Shown here: positions 37,760 to 48,661 of the stretch, piece after piece
Layout: each line of letters opens with the position of its first letter
Numbering within the stretch: the stretch's first letter is position 1
NCBI RefSeq assembly: GCF_006345805.1
Contig: NC_043000.1
Span: 70,370,001 to 70,434,000, forward strand
Length of the DNA: 64,000 nucleotides
Direction: 5' to 3'
Origin: Octopus sinensis
Lineage: Eukaryota
Translations under genes and position numbers: made by a program
The notes under the pieces: model-generated
Seen by the model: only the letters and a program-made list of their open reading frames with translations
The model's database searches: none
What the model was told of the DNA's origin: nothing

Positions 37760-38850
37760 CAGGTTCTTTTTTAATCTAAAATATACTTTCCTTCATTTTC
37801 TACTATGCTCTTTCATCTATATGGTAGATTTGCAAGGCCCCTCATCCAAAATTTACTTGTCCCTGGCAAAAAATATTCCTCCTCTACAGAATTCATATAT
37901 TTTCCATCCAAATGATTTTGAAAACTGCGAAATAAATGATAATCAGATGGAGCAACGTCAGGCAAATATGGTGGGTGGAGAGTCGTTTCCCATTCAAACT
38001 ACTCCAGCCTTTGGAATGTCATCCTCGCTGTATGTGGCCGAGCATCATCCTGATGAAAGAACACCTTTCGTCTTCAAACCAAAGATGGTCGTTTTTTTTT
38101 CTAGCGCTGACTTAAGCCGCTCAACCTGCTCACAGTAGGTTTCCTTTATTATAGTTAGGTTTGGATTTAAAAGTTCTAACCTTTCATATCCCACGAAACA
38201 GGTGACACCATCTTACGTGGGTGAAGACCTTCTTTAGCCTGGGATGCCGGTGTTGCTCCTTCTCCTACCTACTGTCTTTGGTGTTTGATATTTTTAAAGA
38301 GAACTCATTTCTCGTCACTATTCGATCCAAAAAAGATTCATTCGTGAGACGTGGCAGCAAAGAAGAGCACACATTCACTCGCTGCGCGCGATTAGATTCG
38401 GAAAGTTTGTGACTAACACATTGACCGAATTTTCTGACTTTTCCAATGACACGCAGGTGTCGATAAATGGTTGAATAACTAAATCCAAGCTTTTCTGCTA
38501 GTTCCTCAACAATTAAGATGGGATTTTGTTCCACCAGGGTTTGCGGGACGTCCTCGTCGAGCTCTACAGATCTTCCAGGACGAGGCTCGTCTTCTAGCCC
38601 GTAGTTTCCGGGTCGGAATTTCCGGAGCCACTGTTGACACTGGCTTAGAATTATTTTCTGATCCCCATATACTGCATTAACATTCCTTGTACTTTCCGTT
38701 GCGATGTTGCCTTTATTGAACTCAAAAAGAATATATGCTCCTTTGCCACTTCCATTATAGCTTTGAAAAATTAACTGTTAAAATTGAACTGCACTCTTCA
38801 AAACTTGTACTAAAAATAAGTACAAGGTAAAATTACTACCAGCTTTTCTA
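37760..38850 (-). mobile_element. Decayed mariner transposase
   Basis: ELAEKLGFSYSTIYRHL, CVSHKL (WVPHEL-like), FLDRIVTRNE (IVTGDE-like), HQDDARPHTA, PPYLPDVAPSDYHLF. Ends are approximate. Confidence 0.85.
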
Positions 38851-38937
38851 GCAAATTGATGCAGGTAGTTTATACCGTCCACCTCCGTCTTTTGGTTCAT
38901 GCACTTGAAAAAAAAACGTGTTACTTATGGAATTACC

Positions 38938-39007
<70 letters not shown>

Positions 39008-39014
39008 TGTGTGT

Positions 39015-39323
39015 GGAGGCGCAATGGCCTAGTGGTTAGGGCAGCGGACTCGCGGTCGTAGGATCGCGGTTTCGATTCCCAGACCGGGCGTTGTGAGTGT
39101 TTATTGGGCGAAAACAACTAAAAGCTCCACGACGCTCCGACAGGGTGTGGTGATCCCTGGTGTACTCTTTCACTACTCTTTCTCTCTCTCTCTTCTATTG
39201 GCCTCTTCTGTTCTCTCTTCGCTTAGCCAGCGGAGTGGCATCATTCGAAGGCTAAAACAATGCGAACGCATTGTGACCAGCGATGTGTAAAACATTTGAT
39301 GGTCTTGTCGGTCACGTGATCAA

Positions 39324-39327
<4 letters not shown>
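39015..39327 (+). mobile_element. tRNA-derived SINE, second family
   Basis: ggaggcgcaatggcctagtggttaggg..ggtttcgattcccag (A box TGGCCTAGTGG, B box GTTTCGATTCC), then a non-tRNA body, between (TG)n and (TA)n. Confidence 0.88.
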
Positions 39328-39406
<79 letters not shown>

Positions 39407-39413
<7 letters not shown>

Positions 39414-39713
39414 TAAATTAGAGATAAAACCACTATTAGGCAAATTAAACAATGAAAAATTTTAGTTCACTGTTAAACCTCGCTAAGATAGATATTTCAA
39501 TTACCTGAAGATTGACTGTAACCATAACTCGAATTATTACGAATTGGACAGCCATGAAACGATCGTAGTGTTTTACTCATTATCTTTTATTAAACTTTTA
39601 ATACTTTTGATATATATTTAAAATAATATAAATTAATTAATTTTATGTATTGGCTTATGTTTTTCATTGTTTGATTTGCCTAATAGTGGTTTTATCTCTA
39701 ATTTAATATAATA
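39407..39713. repeat. 53-bp inverted repeat enclosing a hammerhead motif (probable PLE terminal-repeat rearrangement)
   Basis: 39407-39459 versus 39661-39713, one mismatch; the left arm starts inside a (TA)n run. Confidence 0.85.
39499..39573 (+). ncRNA. Type I hammerhead ribozyme motif
   Basis: aattac-CTGAAGA(39505-39511)-t-tg-a-ctgt..acag-c-ca-t-GAAA(39556-39559)-c-gatc-g-t-A-gtgttt. Palindromic stem III ACGATCGT, GUA triplet, weak stem I. Confidence 0.7.
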
Positions 39714-39825
39714 TAATATTTTACTATAAAATTGGATTTAATCCTAAATCTGATTTTTCCCTGTAAGTTTGGATTTATTCCCTAATATTTTATTATATAT
39801 ATTTATTTTATGTTTGTTTTATGTT

Positions 39826-39869
39826 TTCCAGTTTCAACTCTTGAGCTGTGGCCATGCTGGGGCACCACC
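39826..39869 (-). mobile_element. Short LINE 3'-tail fragment
   Basis: Reverse complement ggtggtgccccagcatggccacagctcaagagttgaaac matches 2484-2522. Confidence 0.8.
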
Positions 39870-39874
39870 ATTAT

Positions 39875-39933
<59 letters not shown>

Positions 39934-40188
39934 GGAATATAAAACCAAGGCAGGACGAGCATCTCAGGTCATTTAGTATATTTAATTAGAATATTTAAGG
40001 TGAATCAAAAATGTAGAAGTAATACATATGTGTTTATATATGTGTGCGTGTGTGTGTGTGTTTATATATATAAGTTCAGCAAAATTTAGATTCAGATGAA
40101 TATGGTACTTAAGTTAGATGCACCAGAATTTTGTATATAAATCCATGGGGTGATTATAATCAAAATAAGCAACAAGAATAACTTCGGT

Positions 40189-40280
40189 AATTTGGTACGG
40201 TCGTTTCACGCTACATCATTTTGTTAAATGTTGTAAGTATTACAACAGTTTTAAAATGTTGAGCAGTCATCAGCCATTAA
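40189..40280 (-). ncRNA. Type I hammerhead ribozyme motif with long stem II
   Basis: Minus strand: taatgg-CTGATGA-c-tgct-[acatttt..tgttgtaa-tac-ttacaaca..aaaatg]-agcg-t-GAAA-c-gacc-g-t-A-ccaaatta. GUA triplet; short bulged stem I. Confidence 0.7.
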
Positions 40281-40729
40281 TAGAGGTTTTCTATTAATAC
40301 ATAATTTTCATATCAATTGATAACATTATAGAGAAGGTAGATATATAGACAAAGATATCGATTTAAATTTAAGGTAGTAATGTTCAAGTTTTCCAATTAT
40401 ATATATTTGACCCCTAATATATTCACTTGATTAATAAGACTTTTGTCCTCAGTTAATGAGTATTATGCCTACTCATAATTGATAGATTTTTATCCAAAAT
40501 GAATATATATTAGATTTATAATTTCTCCTTTAATCCAACGTATCAAAATATTGAAAACCTACCAGCTAAGTATAAAGTTGATGTATATAAGTATAAAATA
40601 ATCTCTGTATTCTCTATAAGTGGTCACTGTGACCATTTGACATTGACCTAGTTTTCCTAATACAAAATCTGTTTGCCAAATAGTAGTAAACAGCCTCTTT
40701 TTATCTAAAATTTCTTTACTAATAATCCC

Positions 40730-43295
40730 ATGGAAAATACTTTCTATCGTATAAAATCTAAAAAGTTCCCTTCCAAGATCAAAGGTTTGGAAGATTTCGA
40801 AGCGGACCTACTGAAACATATGAATAAAATAAAATTTCGTAACTCTTTTAACAATTTCCAACGTAAATTGAAAAAAGATATAAAATATATAAAAAGCTCC
40901 AAGAAAAAAGCACTTTTTTCGGACAAAACCAAGAACTTGTACCTGGTAGATAACAGCAAATATTCACAACTCTTACACAAAATAAATGCGAAAATTAAGA
41001 CCGCTACTAGGCTAGTACAATGGTCCAATAGTATAGAAATCGTAGACTGGTTTAAAGCCATTAAGAATAAGAAAAAAGCGAGGTTTACACAATTCGATAT
41101 TGTTGATTTTTATGCCTCTATCTCTAAAGAACTGCTAGATAAAGCCCTCGTCTTCGCTAGCGATTTCATAGAAATCAGTACACAGGATAAGGATATAATA
41201 TTCCATGCTAGAAAGACCTTACTTTCAGCGAGAGCGCAGAGTGGGTCAAAAATACCGACACAGAGGGTGCTTTCGATGTGAGCATGGGGTCATATGATGG
41301 AGCAGGCATATGCGATCTTATTGGATTTTTTCTAGTAGATACATTAGGTAAGAGCTTTCCTGAGGTATATTTCGCCATCTACAAAGATGATGCCCTCGCT
41401 TTAACCGCTAATACAAATGGACCAGCACAGGATCGATTTAGGAAGGATATTATCCATTTAATGAAATACTTCGGACTTAGTATAACTATAGATACTAACC
41501 TGACGGTTGTCAATTTCCTAGACGTTTCCTTAGATCTAAATAAGAACATTTATAAGCCTAATAGGAAGCCCAATTATAGACTTAGTTATATTAATGTAGG
41601 TTCATGCCATCCCCCTATAGTATTCAAAAATTTAGTTTAAAATATTAAGAGAATTTCTAGCCTCTCCTCCGATAAGGACATTTTTAATAGCGTTGCCCCA
41701 GTATATAAGGCTTTAAAAGATAGTGGTTTTAGCGAAAAAATAAAATATACACCTGTTACTAGCCCAACAGTAAAGAAGAGGAAAAATAGAAATAGGAAGA
41801 TCATCTGGTTTACACCCCCTTACTCACCCGAGGTGACCTTCAATATAGATAAATATTTCTTAACACTGACATTTTTCAGTTAACCATGCTTATAGGAAAC
41901 TCTTCAATAAACACAATTCAAAAATTATTTTTAGTTCCACTACCAATTTAAAAAATATAATCACACATAACACACAAAAACCACAACAAGAAAACAGCTG
42001 TTCATGCAGGAATAAAAAATTGTGCCCACATCTATGAACTCTATAACCACAAAAGACTATGGACTCTATAACCACTAAAGACACCGTTTCGATGAAGAAA
42101 TACGTGGGCCTTACCGAGGGTAATTTCAAGGTCAGATTCAATAACCACACCTTGATTTTTAGGCACTGGAACAAAAGAAAAGCGACAAAATTATCCAATC
42201 ATATTTGGTCATTAAAAGATAAAGGTGTCAATTACAACATCCATTGGGAGATTTTGGCCAAATGTAAGCCCTACACCAACGGCAGCGGAGAGTGCGGTCT
42301 ATGCGACATGGAGAGATGGCTTATCTGGAAAAGCAGCTTAGACCCTACTGCATGTCTAAACTCAAGGACAGAACTTTTCGGAACATGCCCACATGTGACA
42401 ACATTTTTGTTACGTTGTTGGTCCCCCCAAGAATACAGATAGAACTTGCTTTCTATATTTATGCCCAAAAAAGTTTTTTATCGTATTATACCTTTTATTT
42501 TTTCATATATGTTTATATTTTTACACATAATAATTTTTCTGTATTCTTCCATCCTGCATTTTTTCTTGTACCTATATAGATGTGTATATAGATTCATTTG
42601 TACGCGTGTGTGAATATGTATGAGTGGGCGGGTATGTATGTATATAGATGTGTGCGTGTGTGCGGGCATAAGAATACATATATATATAGACATTTTTCAT
42701 TAGTATTTTTACAATTTTTTCGGTTGTTTGGGGCGTATGTATAATCCTTTTTTGTGTATGTGTGTGTGTGTATGCGTATATAAACATGTGCGGGTATGTA
42801 CATATATGGGCGTGTGTGTGTATGCGTGCATAAGGGCATGTACGTATATGAACGTGGTTTTACGCTTTGTATACTTCCTTATGTTTTTTTCTGTATTGTT
42901 ACCTTTAACCATGTTTTTTCTTGTGGTTGTGCGTATATAGACGTATGTATGAACCTTTACGGTACGCGTGTGTGTGTATGAGTTTGTATATATATGCGTA
43001 TACATTTGGCGAAAAATACGAGTGAAGATATGTACGTTTTCATAGTGACGTATACGTACGCACATGGGTGCGCGAGCGCACATGTGAGCGTATCAGTAGG
43101 CATGCATACGTGTTTACTATGAACTTTTAACCTTAATTTATATAAGTAGCGGAATCATAACACAGTAATTTCTCTTTGTATAACGGTCTTTTTTCATAGC
43201 GTTTTTCAGATGGCCAAATAACTGAAGAGATGGTGTTCTGGATTTCCACCTCGGCATCCGAAACTCAGAGTTTTATCTTGGCTATTGAATAATTG
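40730..43295 (+). mobile_element. Penelope-like element: RT plus C-terminal GIY-YIG endonuclease, pseudogenised, with 3' region ending in a hammerhead
   Basis: FTQFDIVDFYASIS, MGSYDGAGICDLIG, IYKDD, VNFLDVSLDL, YVGLTEGNFKVRFNNH, CGLCDMER, CLNSRTELFGTCPH; hammerhead at 43213-43282, then (TA)n. Clade not assigned. Confidence 0.9.
43213..43282 (+). ncRNA. Type I hammerhead ribozyme at the PLE 3' end
   Basis: gccaa-ataa-CTGAAGA(43222-43228)-gatg..catc-c-GAAA(43260-43263)-ctc-a-gag-t-T-ttat-c-ttggc. Stem I 9 bp with one bulge; GUU triplet. Confidence 0.75.
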
Positions 43296-43311
43296 TCACA
43301 TATTATTTTAC

Positions 43312-43402
<91 letters not shown>

Positions 43403-43411
43403 CATATAAAT

Positions 43412-43643
43412 ATAGTTATGGCCGATCTCTGGGGTTACTCTTGGCTTCACGTCCATAAAGCGCTTAATTTCACGGCGTTTCTTCAGACCCTGATGGCCGG
43501 TGGCCTATAACCTCTCTTTAAAGTGGAGGGAGAAAAGACCACGTAGCTACTTGTTGAATGCACAGGAGTCTGACGAAACGCCGAAAGCTAAGCGCTTTAT
43601 GGATGTGAAACCCAAAGTAACCCCATAGACCGGCCATAATTAT
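43412..43643. repeat. Fold-back element with 76-77 bp imperfect inverted arms next to (TA)n
   Basis: 43412-43488 pairs with 43568-43643 around a spacer of about 80 bp. Confidence 0.85.
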
Positions 43644-43794
43644 CTTTATCTAAATTACTCTACTGCTCTATAACTTACAGTGTGCTTCTCTTTTGGATTT
43701 ATGATTTATTGACGATATGTATGTATGCGTGTATGTATGTATGTATGTATGTATAGCTATACATATGTGTCAATTTCCTACCGTTTATCTGTCA

Positions 43795-43935
43795 TGTGTT
43801 ACAGTCATTGGACTGTGATCATGCTGGAGCACTGCCTTGAAGGGTTTAATCAAGCAAATCGGCTACAGTATTATTTTAAAGTTTGGCACTTATTCAATCA
43901 GTTTCCTTTGCAGAACCGCTAGGTATGGAAACGTA
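43795..43935 (-). mobile_element. Decayed SINE 3' half
   Basis: Reverse-complement tail ggcagtgctccagcatgatcacagtccaatgactgtaac, same family as 26837-27260. Confidence 0.65.
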
Positions 43936-45294
43936 CCAAAAATTTCTTTCGAACACGTATGTGTCGAGATGCTCTTTGATTCATACATGTGATGAGGGAA
44001 TTGTGCTACTGATGTCGAAATTCTACTGAAAATCCTTGTTCCTATGCCTCTTTCAACAATGCTAAGAAATAAAACCAAGAACACATGCATACATACGAAC
44101 AAATACATGCACGCATGCAAACATACATACATATATAGGTAGATAGAAACATTCCTACATAAATGCATACATACATACATACATACATACATACATACAT
44201 ACATACATACATACATACATACATACATACATACATACATACATACATACATGTTGCTGAAATGCACGTCACTGCCAAACATCTTTAAGTTTGCACGTCT
44301 TTATAATCTACGATCTGCTGAAAAAATGTTTGATTATTAGGACAAACAAATGTGGATAACCAGAAGATAAGAGTGAGTGAGAAACAGAAAGGGAATGAAT
44401 GATGGAGAGTGGGGAAGAGAGAGAGAGATTAGCAAGAAAAGAAAGGCAAATAACCTGAAGAGAGGGAGATAGGTTAACAATAAGGAAATGTAGATAAACT
44501 GACTGAATTCAATACATGAGAGAAGTAGTAATCGCCAGCTGCAAAAAGATATGAAGATAATAGCTAGCATCTTAGAGACAAACAATGAAACTGTGGAATT
44601 GAGAAGGATAGACACATGGTTTATGAGACAAAATAGCAAACAAACAGATTATGGGTTAGCAGAGAGAGAGTATAAAAGCAAAGATATTCCCTATATGCAG
44701 AAAATTATGGACAATCCTATTTCTTTTTTTTTGTGTGTGTGGAAGAATATCTAGAGCTAATCTATCTAACATATAACAGTAGTGAGGTCTGTCCATTTTT
44801 TTTTCTTGTGAAGTGAGTGACCACTACGTCAGCATTATCTAATGCTTTTTTTATATTTAGTATTTGTACTAGTATGTTTGTGAATATGAATTTAGCTTGT
44901 GCCTTTCTTTGATCATTGCTCAGAGAAAGCATGAGAAATTGTTCGCAACAAAGTAAAGAGACTTAGTGCTAACAACTAACCGGAAACACTAACTATTGTA
45001 TGCAATATATGGATGTATAAATGTATATAGCTACACATATACTTGCATGTATGTTTGTATGTATTATGTATGTTTATGTACATATACATGTGCGTGTGTG
45101 TGTGTGGTGAATATAATCCAGTTGTGTTCTCGCCCCTTCTCATCATTCAAGTGTATGTATATAGATGTTATACTTCAAATGTGATATGCATAGCAATTGA
45201 AATTTTCGGTGAACTCAATTTGAAGAGTAATTACATATCAAAACATAGCAAATCTTCCAATTTTCTGTTTTGACATATATATATTTATGTATGC

Positions 45295-45357
<63 letters not shown>

Positions 45358-45358
45358 C

Positions 45359-45453
<95 letters not shown>

Positions 45454-45456
<3 letters not shown>

Positions 45457-46400
45457 AAATTTGAAATACTACTAAATGGAATTAATGAAAACATTCAATT
45501 CACGATAGAATATAACCAAGAAAAACTACCATTTCTAGACATCCTCATTAAGAAAGTCGGCAACAAAATAGAGACGGATATATATTATAAACCGACAGAC
45601 TCAAAGCAATACCTACCATATGACTCATGCCACCCAAGACACACAAGAATTAATATCCCTTTCTGTTTAGCCAGAAAGATTTGCACCATAGTATCAGACA
45701 CAAACACCCGATACACACGTCTCCTGGAACTCAGAACTACACTCATAAATAGGAATTATTCAAAAAACCCTAATAGACAATACAATCCAACGAGCACTGA
45801 AATTAAATATAGAAGACCTGAGACAACCAAAACCAAAAAAGGAAGAAAATTTAAAAACCCTACCCTACATCTGTACATACAACCCACTTAACAATGAGGC
45901 CCTCAGCACCATATTCCAAAGCACAGCCCTACTGAAGGATTTTAACCCAGGCTAAATTTCACCCAATAACAACCACAAAATCAACAGTTAAAAAATGTGG
46001 AAAGCCCAACTGCGGGATCTATGTCATCTTAGTAGACGGTTAGGAAGACACATTAGAACAAGGCCATCATTTTACCATCAGAACAAACTTCATCTGTGCA
46101 TCGGAAAACTTAATTTACGTGATAACATGCGCAGGGTGCCAAAGGCAATATATTGGTCATACAAAAAACAGTCTACGAAAAAGATGACAGTACATAAATC
46201 CCAAATTAGGAATCTTGAATACAGGAAAATACCTATTTAGCGGCCACATATACAGATGTGCATCAAATAAAAATCCAAAATTCTCAACTTTCCCACTTTA
46301 CCCATTCAATAACAACGTAACTTTCACTCAACGTCATAGCAAAGAACTCCATTTCATTAGAAAATTCGGACCAAGTTTAAACACCCTGAGCCATGAACAT
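45454..46400 (+). mobile_element. 5'-truncated Penelope-like element (RT thumb, CxxC linker, GIY-YIG), inserted at a (GT)n tract
   Basis: IQFTIEY..KLPFLDILI..TDIYYKPTDSKQYL..SCHP..NIPFCLARKI; KCGKPNCGIC; NLIYVITCAGCQRQYIG. The Cys-rich linker suggests a Neptune-like element (inference). Confidence 0.88.
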
Positions 46401-46434
46401 TAAAACAATATATTGGTGATCCCCAAAAAAAATT

Positions 46435-46850
46435 CTGCAACTCCAACATCCACTACCACCACGATCACTACTACTGCAAACAACGGTCTCTGCTACTGCT
46501 GCTAATACAGCCAACGGTCACTTCCACTTCTACTACTACTACTACTATAGCCAATGAACTACTGCTACAACTCCAACCACCACTATCACCGCGGTCACTA
46601 CTACTACTACGAACAACAGTCTCTTCTATTGCTGCTATTACAGCCAACGGTCACTTCCACGGCTGCTGCTACTACCACTACAGCCAATGAACTGCTGCTA
46701 CAACTCCAACCACCACCACGGTCACTTCTACTACTACGACCAACGGGCTCTTCTACTACTGCTATTACGGCCAAAGGTCACTTTCTCTATTACAGCCAAT
46801 GATTCTAGTCAACGCACAAGACAGCCATTATGCTCCCACACACAAAACAC
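46435..46850 (+). repeat. Degenerate tandem repeat (about 3 units of about 125-135 bp, CTA/CCA-rich) in the PLE 3' region
   Basis: Recurring blocks caactccaac..cggtcact..acagccaacggtcacttccac..acagccaatgaact. Confidence 0.8.
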
Positions 46851-46927
46851 CACCATGTGGACTCTTTTGAGACTAGTAAGAAACAATTATGAACTGTTTT
46901 ATTACACTTAACTTTTAAAATATATAT

Positions 46928-46972
46928 TTTTGATAAGGTTCGTTTTTTTCAAGTAGAGCCGAAACAGGTAAA
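46928..46972 (+). ncRNA. Degenerate or variant hammerhead motif downstream of the PLE
   Basis: TTGATAA(46930-46936)-ggttc..gagcc-GAAA-c-ag-g-t-A. Stem II is good, stem I only about 2 bp. Confidence 0.4.
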
Positions 46973-47002
46973 TTCTCTCAGAAAATTAAAATTTATCTTA
47001 TA

Positions 47003-47030
47003 CTAGCAGAGATACCCGGCGTTGCCCGGT
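47003..47030 (-). mobile_element. Helitron 3' terminus (hairpin plus CTAG)
   Basis: Minus strand ccgggcaacgccgggtatctctgCTAG followed by T. Confidence 0.8.
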
Positions 47031-47076
47031 TACATTCAATTGAAGAATTAGACTTTTCTGTTATATATATATATGG

Positions 47077-47125
<49 letters not shown>

Positions 47126-47126
<1 letters not shown>

Positions 47127-47960
47127 CTCTTATTATAAAAGGCAGATTTTATCTGCCTCCCTTTGTCTCTTATAGAAATCTACAATATAGGATTTCTTCA
47201 ATTACAATTTACCTAGCATTTTTAAGAGTAGAATGCATCGTGTCGTGCTAGGTCCAGTTTTTAAATTTCAACCCCAATTAAGCAAAATTTAGAGAAAACT
47301 CACATTGTGGTGTGTAAGTCAAGTGCTTTTCTTAGTGTGGGCTATAGCACACGCACACACACACACAAAGGGAGCGATCTGATTCACTCACGCTATCACT
47401 CTAATTTCTACGACTTTCTCTTTGCAAGTTTGCAACGATTAAAGTGAAACTATTTCTATAAAACGAAAAAAAAAGCACAGCAAACAGAAACAAATAAATA
47501 CATAACGATTTACTCCTCACACAATTTCTTCAATTAGAGTTTACCCATGATTTTTCAAAGTACTTGCATTGGGTCATGCCATACAAAATTTCTTTCAATT
47601 TTACCCCCAATTAAGACAAAATTCGAGAAAACTCAATATTTTAACATTTCACTCCGAAAGCATTGATGTACATGTGTGCGTGCGTGAGTGTGTGTGTGAG
47701 TCATTCCTCACACACACGCATACACATACATATATGACAGTGACAAACACAAATGTTTCAAACAACTACATACAAACACGTGTGTGTTTGTTATTAGTAA
47801 AAAAGGCGCCAAACACAACTTACTTATCATTCCAACACATTTGCAAAGACACACGGACGGTCGAATTGCTATAACAATACAGAAAAGGTAAATTGGTTTT
47901 TATTTTACTTTCTGTCGTTAAATTTTGGTAGTATTAATTGGCGAGCCGAGCTTCTTTCAG
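47126..47960 (+). mobile_element. Probable non-autonomous Helitron; 5' end clear, 3' end uncertain
   Basis: Starts A|TCtcttattataaaa with hairpin aggcagat-ttt-atctgcct. No clean CTRR end found. Confidence 0.45.
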
Positions 47961-48234
47961 TACATATTTACACATACATAAATATATACACATATTCTGT
48001 ATATATTTTATTATATAATATTATATATAGATATATGTATATATAATTGCAGTATGAAACAGTGTTTATGTATAAACAGACGACACTTATATATAGTTAT
48101 TAATAAATGTATGCATCCGTTTAAAAGAAAAACCAAAAAATATTTTATTCTTTATAAATGTTGTGTTCAAAATAACATTTTCTTTTAAGAATGTGTATAT
48201 AACAAAGTATGTGTATATTACTACGTGGCTTATA

Positions 48235-48632
48235 TCTTTATATATAAAAGTGAAGTTGTGTGTCTGTCTCCTACGATTTAGATTCCTAACTACTCCCACA
48301 TTTTGCGGTGCAGTGTAACCAAAACTGGGTATCTTATAGTCGTGATTCATATCGAGCCCTTCTGGGTATTAGCGTGCGTCTACGATGAGTCTACGATTTT
48401 AAAAAAATTTCCCATCATATTTTTCCATTTTAATGCATTTTTTTCGCTATTATATAAGGGAAGTAACTCTCTAAAAATATCTACGATGTGTCAACGATTT
48501 TTAAAAAATTTACCTTAATTTTTTTTCCATTTTTAATGCATTTTTTTGCTATTTTTTTGGCTATAACTCTCTAAAAATGCTTATATAGTTATTTCCCTTA
48601 CAAACCCGAGCAACGCCGGGCGATACTGCTAG
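48235..48632 (+). mobile_element. Complete 398-bp non-autonomous Helitron
   Basis: 5' A|TCtttatatataaaag; 3' hairpin cccgagcaacgccggg then CTAG|T; inserted between A and T with no TSD. Confidence 0.9.
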
Positions 48633-48661
48633 TATATATATATATATATATATCTGTATAT

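Noticed and set aside
39015-39090. tRNA gene
   Set aside because: A and B boxes are present, but it runs into a SINE body without a proper acceptor stem; same for the heads at 27190-27260 and 51840-51915.
41278-42442. Selenoprotein-coding or Naiad-type PLE
   Set aside because: The GIY-YIG domain is C-terminal, not N-terminal, and the ORF is broken by frameshifts and ordinary stops rather than in-frame TGA codons.
43470-43600. ctgacga/ctgaaga plus gaaa inside the fold-back arms as hammerheads
   Set aside because: No credible stem II, no valid NUH site with a supporting stem I.
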